This document shows positions 12,772 to 24,399 of a DNA stretch of 64,000 nt, piece by piece (within the stretch, counting starts at the first letter, position 1; each line of letters begins with the position of its first letter). The stretch is from Kudoa neothunni. Its lineage: Eukaryota > Animalia > Cnidaria. Both the position numbers and the translations under genes were made by a program. The DNA is taken from positions 10,655,637 through 10,719,636 of the forward strand of contig OZ199838.1 in assembly GCA_964304625.1 (NCBI GenBank), in the 5' to 3' direction. Below the pieces are notes generated by a model that had not been told where the DNA came from, ran no database searches, and worked only from the letters and a program-made list of their open reading frames with translations.

Positions 12772-12898
12772 ATAGACATTTATCAGTAAACAAAATTATT
12801 TACATATTTAACAATAGGCATTTGCCGATTGAGGTCGACAAAAATTTAAACCGTTGGTTTTTTTGTGCACAAAAAAAAAGAACTGAAAAATCGCTACA
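12741..12898 (+). repeat. Polypurine tract (GGGGGAG, 12741-12747) and 3' LTR (12748-12898)
   Basis: Direct repeat of the 5' LTR followed by TSD TAATC; integrase ORF runs into the LTR. Confidence 0.96.
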
Positions 12899-14088
12899 TA
12901 ATCCTAATTTTTTGATTCAACTTAATTAGGAATTAATTGAGTATATTTAAAGATAAGCCCATTTTTTTTTAAGCTGGATGAAAATTTAATCACATCGGTT
13001 AATATTTAATAAAAATTAGTGGTTAAAATAATATAAAATAGAGCTTAGCTAATGACTTTCGTTATTTTTCGACTGATGTTAAGACTAGAAAATGGATGTT
13101 TTTTGAGAGTGGTTATTACACCTGATCATAATATTCAGGTTAATGTAATTTTGACTGTAGTTAATTATTTGTGGGTTCTAAAAATGATAGAAATGGGGAA
13201 AAATAATTAAATGCGCTAGAATTTAAAAGATAAATTTTATAAAAAAATTATAAATGAGAGTTGCCGCGATTAAAAATGAATACTGTTCCACCATATATGC
13301 CATTTAGGATATAAAATATTTTTTGCAATAACCATTGCCATGTTTTTTCCGATGGGCCAAACTTATTATTTTTTTTAATAAACTATTTAAATTTGTTTTG
13401 TTATATACAAAATATTCGAAATTTTACACAACCATTTATACAATAATGATTCCAATTTTATAAAAATTATACAGAAAATTTTTCTTGTATATGCTTGGGC
13501 GTGGGAATAACACCGGAATTTTATCATTTGTGTATTTATATGAATTTTTATATTTCACAGCTATCTACATGTGTGGATTGTAATATACCATGACATGGAG
13601 AGAGGAAACCAGTATTGATATCTAAAGGAATAATTATTATGAGTAGTATGAATATTGTATTCGGCAAGTTGAAATATTCCTTATCCAACTGGATCGAATA
13701 GGATTATATAAAAGACAACCAATAATACTTAAAACCTAATACATGATAATTCAGTGAAAGTCGTGTACTTAATTAAACATTATCTTTCGAGCTATCCCTA
13801 ACAACCAACTAAAAACTTGGCACCTATACAACATGTCAGCAATTCAAATAGAGAACGAGCATTGAAATGAATTAAATATAGTCGAGGATTTTTAAGTGTA
13901 GACTATTAATTTTAGGGCTATTTATTTTGTTTATATGGAAAACTGGCTGAGCTCAATGTAATCGTATTAAAATTGATTTCTCGCTGTAGTCGTGACTTAA
14001 TGTAATATTATTTTATTTTCGGATTGAATTGAGTTACTTTGCTACGTTTTTGTAAAATCTCCCATTCATATCGATAGAAGAAAACTCT

Positions 14089-14917
14089 ATGGGGAAACCA
14101 AGTATAGACTAATGGATTTTGACGTCAGTGTTTGATTTATATTTGTAACTCTTTATCAGCATTAATACGATCCTGTGTTCATTTTCAATCATAAGAACTT
14201 ATTTTAAAATCTACCTTAATAAAATTTTGTGTTAAACTGGAAATAATGTAATAAACCGCACGCTCTATATCACTTTTTAACCGTTATTATAAAACAAAAT
14301 TTGGTTATTTGAAGCTTTAATTGTGTTTATGTATAGGACAGTCATTTGTTGGAAGTGATTGTGACAAGAATGAACAAATTACATCGGACACCCTAAAAAC
14401 AAGGTTCCAGAAAAAGTTGGCGAGTTCTATTGTTAGCATGAGCACTGTCAAAACAGTGATGCCTGATGATGGATACCAAGTGTTGGAACAATTTTATCTA
14501 ATTCTCAAAAATGAAACCGATAAAGCCTTCGCCAAAAAAATAATATCATACATCATAAAAATATCTGTAAAAGTAATGATAGCCATCCGGAACAACAAAC
14601 TAAACGAAGAGGAATTGGAATTGGTATCCGATTTAAGGAATCAAGAAAAATCTCTTCTCAAAGCGGTAGTCAGTTTTGTAGAAGTCAATTTTACTTATGA
14701 TGCGAATTATTTGATTGAAAAAATCCAAGAAATGCATCACATTGTATTGGGAATTCTTCAAAGGCATTGCAAACCGAGCACCAAATCAAAAATAGATTTT
14801 GTTTTTACGGAGTTATCCAGCAAGAAAAGATTGGATAACATTTTCGGTGATGCTGTGTCGGAGGAAATTGAGAAACAACGAGTCTCTATTATAATTTACA
14901 TTAACAAACTCATATAA
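14089..14917 (+). CDS. TNFAIP8: TNFAIP8/TIPE-family protein
   Basis: FQKKLASS..VKTVMPDD..VLEQFY, AKKIISYIIKISVKV.IAIRNNKL, VVSFVEVNFTYD, LQRH match the TIPE fold. Main exon 14337-14917; phase-compatible 13-nt first exon 14089-14101 is tentative. Confidence 0.85.
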
Positions 14918-15451
14918 TGTTATAATAGGATCACATGTGAGTTTATCAGTTTGTTTATAGAACAATTGTTTTTATTTCTGAAAAAATAGTTGATTCTACT
15001 TGGAATTAACTATTCGCTTGGCGTATTTGATAACTGGGATAAAATTCTTTTATTATTTAAACAATGACTTTACTAAGTAGTTTTGTTTTTCAATAAAACC
15101 TAATATCGTACAATTTAATAATTAGAAATCTGAAAGAATAATAAAGTGACCGCTTTCTCGGAGTTCTTAAATGGTTGCACTCACTTATTAGTGTATAAAT
15201 CTGTATTTTAGTTTTTGTCTAAATAAATTATAAAATGAAAAAAGTTCTTCATCTAAAACAAAAAACAGATAATTCGCGCTAATTACTACAAATTAACCAA
15301 AAACAAGAACGATTCTTACACAGTAAACCGTGATTGTTAGGTTAATTTAAAATAAGGCTTTTAAATCCTGTTCCTTGTTCTTAGTCCCAAAAACTATGCG
15401 AAAGAATGAGTTTAGGGAATTCCTAAAATCCACGCGGGTGAAAATCACAAA

Positions 15452-15766
15452 CTGCGTTCCTCGAAAATAAAAGCTAGCGATATTTTTAGTGGCAATTTTA
15501 ATAAGACCTGACATTATTTCGGGGTACCTTGATTAATAGGCTTTAGTTACAACAATAATGAATAATTACGTTTGCTACAAAGATAATAACAATTTTTCGC
15601 TAACAAAATTAATCCACATTATTTTTCTAGATAATCACATAGGAATATAATCCTTTTAAATTGATGTCAAAAATATGGCCTACTTCGAAAGTAAAACTTA
15701 TTAAAGTAGCTATTTTTTCTGTTGAAAATTAGTATAAGACCGTGTCTTATTTTCGAGGAAACACGC
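15452..15766. mobile_element. pogo/Tigger-like MITE
   Basis: Inverted ends CTGCGTTCCTCGAAAATAA / TTATTTTCGAGGAAACACGC followed by TA; internal TAAGAC repeats. Confidence 0.55.
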
Positions 15767-15903
15767 TACCGCTACTGTTGTTATGTAGATATGTAATGAA
15801 CTCACTGAATTTAAAAAATTTGTCCAGACGTTAGAGAATTAATTTAAAAAAGAGGAGAAAATGCAATATTCTCATTAAAAGTACACACATATACACAAGG
15901 TTA

Positions 15904-18900
15904 TTATAAATGGGCTGATAAACGATTAACATTTTTCTTGACACGAAACTCCATGACTTTAGATATTTTTTCTAGTTTGAAAAGTAATGGGTTCAGATCG
16001 AAGGAATTTATTCTATAGTCATAATTTCGACTAATACACGCTAAGATTGGTTCCTACCAATTGATAAGTAATATAGGATGATCAATTGTGAAACATAACA
16101 AGAATTCGCATTACCATAATTTCTTTAGGGATGGTATTGAAGTTTATTTTGCAGTTGAATCCAGTACACAAACAATAAATAAAGGTGGAGATGTCTCTAT
16201 GATAAAATGGCACAGTGCCAGTAATCATCTCATACCAAAGCACTCTAAAGTAAATTATTTTTATTAAAACACAACTATTTATAGAATACAAAGCCTACCC
16301 TAACGAATACATATCGGTGTGTTGAGCGTAGACTTTAATTTCTCGTGCTGGCTCGTCAGGATGCAATGATTTCAGTATTTCAGGGGGTTGAGTACGAACC
16401 CAATAATGTGGAAGGTTAAGTTGACGTCTGTTTTCATCTCTATAAAACATTAATGGATGGATATTAAATTTTATCAGTATAAAATGATTACCTTGGAATG
16501 AAATTTTGTTGATTTTTCTCGGAAATCAATCCAAAGTCACACAGGCAAACTTTCTTATTATCAATCAAGACAGATTTTGTATTAAGGTTGCAATGTATCA
16601 TTCCTTTCGAATGCAAATAACCAAGTGCCTATTAATATCGTTTATATCTAACATTTGACTGCCAACATATGAGACATATTTACATTGTTTATCTGAATTA
16701 TTAGAGGTATACTGTTGAATTCAGGGTACGTGTTCCCTCGTTGGTGGATGATATAATATAAACTTACACCAGCATCCAAGCTTTAATTCAACTATAACAA
16801 TTGGTTATTTATAGAAAAATACTTTGTGAGAATGGCATATGTGGGTGGATTGGCTACAACTCCCATAAAAAGTTTTAAATTCTCATGTCTTGTTCGTCGT
16901 AATAGAAAAATCTATGCATTCACACATCAATAAACCATATAGTTCATTAGATAAATAAGGAAAAGTTTTAAGGATATAGGAATTCAACTTAATTATTACT
17001 TTATTTCTGAATTGATTGAATTCTTCTCTACTTATCAATGCCTCATTTAGTATCAACATTGAAACTTCACCATGCCATTGAGCTCTAAAAATTGGGAAAA
17101 TTTTCCAAAATAATCAATGTAATAATACGCTACCTTTTAACTATCCCAAACCTGCTGTATCGTGTAACATCATAAATCTTAAGGTCGGCGATATCAATTA
17201 ACCAATCAGACAGCAAGCTTGCTCTTGTCTAGAAGAAATCGGTTATCAACGCCACCATTTGATTTGATAAGTGAGTTACTTTTAATTTTTTAAACTTAAA
17301 TGTTCCTTCTCCACTGTGTATATCCATAGACTTAGAGCTATGTAATCCTAAAATCCGCGAAGAGATATTATATGTTTATTAATGTGACAAACAACCTGGA
17401 TTTTCGTCATTTTCATCGTAAACAGTCCTTGTTGAATCATTGGTGGAAAGTCTTGTGAAGCTATTGTTCGAACTGTTTCGATAATTTCTTGTGTCAACCA
17501 TTGAGTTACTCTTTATGTTTTGAAATATTAATATGTAAACAAAATTCTGTCATATTTAATATTCATCATTCAAACCAAGGAATTTTTATGTAAAGCGACA
17601 TCCACTAACAGCGAAAACATACATTATATTTAATATCTCTTGGATTTCGTGAATTTTTTATCTCAAATGAATCTCTGGCCGTATATTTATCTTGTATAAA
17701 ATTTATTGATGCTTAATCACGTTGATTACCAACTAAACACTAATAAAATATCATACATCTCATATGGGTACGATTTTGTTGGCTTATTTCACTGAGATTG
17801 CCCATGCTTGGTCGTTGATATGTCTATGGAATGATAAAACATACTGCTACTTAGAATGGTATGATTAGAGTGAGGAATACTTTTATAATTTTATTTGGTT
17901 TTTTGAACTATGATAATGATATAAAAATGCTATCCAATACAATACCAATATTGTACTATTTTAATAATTTTTCCAAACACTCCTGGGTTTTTGGGATTTT
18001 CAGTGATCTTATCTTCAACCAAGCCTTTTGAACGAACTTTTGATGATCTAGCAGACATGCCATGAGTACTGCTTTGTACATCGGTGGAATTTTCGTCAAA
18101 GAGAGCGGTCAAAGTGGTCGATTCATTGCCAACGTCGTATCCTTTGATATCACACAAAACCAAGAGATCGCCACTTACAGCTGCACATTCCACTGTCACT
18201 TTTTTTGAACAATTCTCGTGAAGTCTTATACTACAGAATCAATTCAAATAAGAGATACTTTTAAATTTATTATTTTTCAACTCACCCGCAATCTTTACAT
18301 TTCAATCCTAGCACGATATAGCTCTTGCATACGATACATTGGTCTAATTTTTTAGTTTCTTTTCTACTGAAGCTAAAAATCGAATTATTTTAAATAACGA
18401 AAGAATTATATAAATCAACTAATGAAAAATAACTTGTGTGGTCGTTCTAACGGAGTAATATCTTCATTTTGCGTTATCGCTGTTGCTGACGATTTATTGT
18501 TGGATCGAAATACCAATCGGTCGATTAACGCTATTCAAACATTGTCGCTTTTAACACTCGCCCACGCAGATATACATACTTTCAGAATTGGAGGACATAT
18601 TTACGTTAAAATTCGAAGTTAATGATAATCTATTATTTTTTGAATTAGATTTCGTGAGTGAATTGTTGTAAGTGCATTTCCTTAATGGAGAAACTGGTTT
18701 GAAATAGTCGTAAAATATTGATCCATCCAAATTCCAATTAGTCACTGACGCTGTGCTTGAGTGTAGCTGATTTTTGTTAGAGGAAACCATAGGTAAATGA
18801 AAATCAGGGAAAGTTTCACGATTAGTTTGAGCGTTTCCCTCCACAAATGAATCTATAAATATATTTTGTTTACTTTTGTTTCTCGCATCTCGTTGAATTC

Positions 18901-19762
18901 ACCATAATAAAACTGTAACATCTTTACAGCAGTTATGAATCTCTCAACTCTTAATATATCGGAAACATTTTTTATCCATTTGAAATATTTTTTCACATTG
19001 TGGTCGATTAATTCTGCAAATGTACCAACTCCTTTCGAGTAAATAATCTAATATTATTTGTTATCAAAATTATACGCATGAATTATTTTATTTAATGCCA
19101 AATTAATGATAATATATAATATCCTAATTATTATATTAAGCTCTCCTTTGAGTGAGTGTTGCCAAGCATGAAAAATAATTTAGTCTGATCTCAACCAACA
19201 AATAGCGTATAATACAATAGATTGTTACTTTAAACACTGAACTAAACATCTTCTAACTTGGAAAATGATTTGTTTTATCAACTTTTATCATTATAAATAT
19301 ATATATTGATTAATATATTAATAAAATATTCCGATCAATTAAATTATTAATAAAAATATAAACCGCATAATTAAATACTATATTACTTGAGTAATTATTT
19401 CACCACAATTTATCACATCCAAAATATTATCCAATTCTATATATTCTTCGTATTCATCCTTTTTTTCTGGATTCATATTTATGTACACCATTATTTTCGC
19501 GTATATCTTTAGAATATTCTCCTATAAATTACCCAAATATATATATATATATAAATGTAATTTGTATGATAATAAATAATAGTAATTTAAAAAATAGAAG
19601 AACCAAGTAAAACAAAATAAAAACTACCTCTGTAGAGAGAATTGCTTTCTCCGAAACGCTTGCAGTTGAGTTTTTTCTCATCTCATTCAACAATGCCAAC
19701 TTCTGTTCCAGGTACTTTATCATAAAATTAAACCCATCATCGCGATCGGTATTTTTTGGCAT
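15904..19762 (-). CDS. KSR: Kinase suppressor of Ras (KSR)-like pseudokinase, multi-exon
   Basis: Hand-spliced: CA1-like N-terminus, C1 domain (HNF..CIVC..GLKCKDCG..HENC...C, ~18190-18440), kinase WHGEV, RRTRHENLKLFMG, ALGYLHSKGMIH, CDFGL, QLNLPHYW..QPPEI, DMYSLG, VLWYEMITG; TAA 15904-15906. Confidence 0.88.
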
Positions 19763-20743
19763 GATGATTTATCCTACTCAAATAAATTGATATTGTTTAT
19801 TATAATCATTTTAATCGATGCTATTGGAATAAATCTAATACCTTTGAGATGCGCTCATATACTGCAAATCGTATGAGTGAGTGAATAAATGGTATACAGA
19901 CAACGTGCCACAAATAACCTTCTATCAAAATAGCACCCTTTGTTCAAACACACAAATCAACCCTATTTGATTAACTTCAATACACTACTAAGGTCACGAA
20001 GCTAGATTATCTATTACGATTTATTGTTCTATTTATGGTGTTGAATATAAAGTATATTGCGAATAAAAACATTAAAATTTTATGTGCAATCAGAAAAAAT
20101 AAAAACAGTCGGAATATTTTTAATCTAACTTTTGATCTAATCTTGAACAATAAATCAATAAACGGACTCACATCACGTTGTTGAGTGCAGCTTAATTCTT
20201 CTTTATCTGACTGTTATATCCTGATAACAGACGTTTGCTATTAGAAAATATTAACAACAGTTTTTCTAATCATTAATGCAAACCAACAATGTCAGCAATA
20301 CCCTTTAATCAATATTTCTAATAGGATTAATGCCTCTTCCGTGAGATCCTATTTTGCTGAACTTATAATACAAGATAAAATGATTATTTTGTTTAGTAGA
20401 TTATTTAAAAAAACTTTTATTTGTATAATAAATTTTAACGAGTAAAAAACATAATAGAAAAATTATAGCAATTTTTGGGACTAGTAGAGAATAATCAGTA
20501 AAAATTCTGTACAATCTCTAAGTGTACGTTTGCGTCTTAATAGAATGTTTATAGTAAATATAATTTAGAAAAAATAAAACTCAACAATGGTCCAAATAAA
20601 CGTGTGTTAATTCGATATTCAGTCGCTCGAGGAATGATTGAAAAAATAAATAAAATATCCGTGAAAAAAAACGCATATCTGTAACTGAGAGTCAGAGATG
20701 ACTCCATTTCCAAATAAAAATGTACAAAAAGTAACAAAACGCA

Positions 20744-21527
20744 TTAGTTGTGGTCATGAGGTGGGCCATCTGTTTGATCATGATGTTCCTGATCGGATGC
20801 TTGTGGAGGTTGCGGATCAACCTCAGCTTCGTCGTCGTTTCTGTTATTACCATTGCTGTTACTCGCGATATTTTCAACAGAGTCAGGAGGCTCAACGTTA
20901 TTGCGGGGAACGCTAGTGTCACCAGTAACAGAATCATCCAAGGTTTCAGATTCATCACAAGATTCTGTGTTATCATCGGCGACATTAGATGACGACAATA
21001 AGGATTCTTCATTATCATGTTCGCTTAACATAGTGTCAGATACGGTTACAACTTCCTTGGAAATTTTTTTGGTATCACTGGTTTTAGGTGTCTCGACTGT
21101 GGTTAATTCGTCTGATTTTTTGGTATTAACAATCACAAGCCTTTCAAATTTGTCATTTTCAGCTATATAAGTTTCCAGAAATAAAAAAAAAGAATCATTT
21201 GATTACATCTCCTCAGTTGAATTCCGATCACTGCTGGGTTGTGCGGTAAAGCAATTTTTGGTGAAATGCCATATTCAAACAACCTCACACTGTTATACAA
21301 CTCTCTGTTTTGGTAGGTCAATCTAAGATTGACCACGTCAACGTCATACATTTTGGATGCGAATTTCTTTAACGCCAAAACCGTATCGATTTCAGTGGCA
21401 ACATAAAATATTGACGATTTTTGTCGTTTCAGCACCACATGAACCTGGATGTGGAATTATTTTCATTATTGATCATTTTCATTCAATCAACAACTACTTT
21501 CCCATTATAATTGTAAACCCCCATCAT
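20744..21527 (-). CDS. ELOB: Elongin B-like protein with long acidic C-terminal extension (3 exons)
   Basis: VHVVLKRQKSSIF, GISPKIALPHNPAVIGIQLR, ENDKFERLVI parallel EloB [42 protein letters not shown]; short phase-compatible GT-AG introns; start exon MMGVYNYNGK tentative. Confidence 0.8.
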
Positions 21528-21711
21528 AGGCTTGTTAGAGACTTTTCGTCAATTATCGGAGTCAAAATAAATTAAAAAATTCAATCTATTCTCAACTATA
21601 AAATAAATGACAATTAATTATAATTATAGATAAAGTAGAAATTTCATTAGGTGAAATAGGTTTCTAACTGAAATGAATTTAGCGTGCATTTATTGAATAT
21701 AAGCGTGCGCA

Positions 21712-21929
21712 GAATCAACAAGTGAGAACTTGTTTTGTCACCGTGGTTGCAGTGGTGACTATGACCTGGTCACTGCATAGCGGGTGTTTTCTTGGTGTTA
21801 TCTTGAAATGAAGCCGCGGCAACCCATAATATAATTGTTGCTCTTGCAGCGGCAAACTCTTGCATCGTTCCGTTCCTAGTTCGGCTCTCTGAGTGATCGA
21901 TCCATGGAAAAACCATGCAAGAAACATTT
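21712..21929 (+). ncRNA. SNORA73: U17/snR30 (SNORA73-type) H/ACA snoRNA
   Basis: 5' hairpin; H box AAATGA (21806-21811); internal hairpin GCCGC..GCGGC; 3' hairpin closed by TCTTGCAT (21858-21865)/ATGCAAGA (21915-21922); m1-like ..TTCCTA (to 21878); exact m2 AAACCAT (21910-21916); ACA 21924-21926. 5' end approximate. Confidence 0.8.
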
Positions 21930-22642
21930 TCGCATACTCTGTCTTGTTTTCTATTGTAGTAATAATTAGAGCTCATAATTTTCATGTTTTCGCTATCTTA
22001 AGTGATCGACAATGAAATTCAATTAGCATAGTGATGAGGGCAGTTGGTGCGCTAGAGAAGGCTTAAGTTAAACGGGTCCGATAGTTAATATTGTGTTTCA
22101 GTTAAAATTGGCTGTTAGACGCTTCTCATTTTTGCTTTTTTTGGTGGCGTTAACCATTTGTGGATGATCATCGGACAGTCACGTGAAGGGTGAACTGGGC
22201 ACCAAGAGCCCAGTAGGAATAGCTTAATCATTTTAGGTTTCAGCAATTAATCGGTTAGATGCCTTATCATTGAATATCATACTTTATATACTGATTCCGG
22301 CTAATACACTTTAGGACTAAAATAAAGTATTTTTAAATTTCGCCAGAATAAATTCGTCACTAATTGTAAAAAATGCAAGTTCAGTATTAGATGGCATATT
22401 GGATATGAGAGTAGTACGATTCTAATAGATTTTTTTTATTTCCTTTTCATTCGTATATTATTTAAAAGAAAACTGGATAAGCTCCTATTAGAATAAAAAC
22501 CGAAAAATCTCTATATGATTTTATATTCTTATTCCAACATTATAATCAGATTCGTATGTTAATTGCTTGGTATATGTACCTAATTGTAATTTTGTTTAAA
22601 ACTAGAAAATATTTTCAAAATGTTCTTTAGCATTTCAAAAAA

Positions 22643-23465
22643 CAATGGCTTATGTATGGGTCGTGTGCAATTATGGGCCGTACGTAATATCGCAATAAAA
22701 TATAAATTAATTAATGTATAGAAAATTTAATTTTTACTCTGTAAACTTCATAACTAAAGTAACATATTTCCTCGAGTTGACTTTAGAAAAATTAAAATAT
22801 CAATAGTTTTTATGCATTTTGTGTGTTGTGCGTAACGGTTTGGTTTCATATCTATGAAGATTACGGCTTAAGCGTGAATAGATGATAAAAAACTCCAACT
22901 CTATCCCATAAGTTGAAATTATAAAATATTATCTAAAAGTAACGAATAAATCAAACACTAAATCTGAAACAATGAAGATCTTTGGTGTAAAAGTAAGGTC
23001 TACCTTGAATACTATTATAACTATTTAAACTGGTTGTTTTAATATTATAATGATTGTTTAATTCAAAAGTAATAAAAACTCTCAAAGGGAGAAAATATGG
23101 ATGTTGATCTATAAGTAGAAGAGTGGATTGAACTGATGAGAGCAAAATAGATGGACGATTCTCAATATGTTTTTATTAATAAAACTAATAAATTCCTTAT
23201 GATGCCTCAAAATCAACATCTGTATCTATCGGTTGGTTGGTTGGTTTATGGTTTCATAAAAAGATTTCGCATTTCGCATAATATATTTTTTGTGAATCCT
23301 CTAATTTTTAATCGTGTTCCACTACAAATTAATTCAAGTATTAAATTAAATAAATTTGCTAATTGGCCAAAATATAACCCCATTTTTTAATTTTTTTGTT
23401 TAATTTCGCGTGAGCGAGGTTGTCGTGCGTAATGGTTTTGATTACGCACGACCCATAAGTCATTG
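22643..23465. mobile_element. TIR-bounded non-autonomous DNA element (copy 1)
   Basis: Ends CAATGGCTTATG(TATG)GGTCGTGTGCAAT / ATTACGCACGACCCATAAGTCATTG; interior repeated at 37648-38183 plus 40364-40517. Superfamily unclear. Confidence 0.7.
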
Positions 23466-24399
23466 CAATTCGTAATTTTACATTAATATATAAATCAGAT
23501 AATTGCGTATGAACAGTAAACGGTCTAATGAATAGAAACAGATACATAACGATTGAATCAAATAGAAATCTTCGTAAGTTTCATTTAATTCATCAGACAA
23601 TGCTTTCAGTGTCGGATGAATAAAAATCACCGGAGCCAATAAAATCTATCATTGCAAGAAGAAATCACATGTAAGAGATTAATTGAGCCTAAAACTAGAA
23701 TCAAAGGATATAATAATATTCCACTTTAGTTAAAACTCGACTTAAAATCGGGAGAAAAAATTTTTTCATTAATAATATGAATCATTAGAAAACAAAATAT
23801 AATTAATTTACACGAAATTCTGGTTTAAATGCCAATTTAATGAGCGGATGAGCTCGTGGAGCCTATGATTATCTACAAAGGGTTAACGTAGGATATCTCT
23901 GAAGTTTATATTTTCAATTTTTCTTCATTAAATGAAAGAATAAAACTTCAGGATTTTAGAGTTCTCCATAAAATCATTTTTCGTATTTTCATTTCATTAT
24001 TCATGATTTTAGTATCTAAACCAGCGTTTCTTTATTCATGTTAGCTCTCGCTACCACTTATGAAATTATCTCCGCACAAGCGTTGTCAGCAATATCGGAT
24101 TTTCTCACCCTTGTTTTTAATGGACCGCATCTGCAAATCAGTGGTTCAAAAGTAAGAAAACATATATAAAAATGGAAATATATCTTTACTAGATTTTAAT
24201 GCGAAAAATTTTCAAATAAATGTTTTTATACTTGGCGCAAAGCGTTATCTAAATTAAAATATCGCAGAAAAAAGTCCCGAGATTAATTTAGAATTATATT
24301 TTTAATAATTCAATTTTAGAGTAAAATAATACAGAAATTCTGGCTAAAAGAGACGTAAAAATAATTATGAAAATAAACACATTTAGAATATTATGTATC

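Larger units (their letters stand above)
7416..12898 (+). mobile_element. BEL/Pao LTR retrotransposon, full length, inactivated
   Basis: TG...CA LTRs, 5-bp TSD TAATC (7411-7415, 12899-12903), PBS, PPT, domain order gag-PR-RT-RH-IN. Confidence 0.97.

Noticed and set aside
20150-20360. Merlin-like transposase scrap on the minus strand
   Set aside because: Only two weak motifs (SHGRG, RRIKLHST); insufficient.
22020-22235. U3 snoRNA, SRP RNA or telomerase RNA
   Set aside because: U3 boxes out of order with no box A or terminal D; no SRP helix-8 motif; no CTAACCC template.
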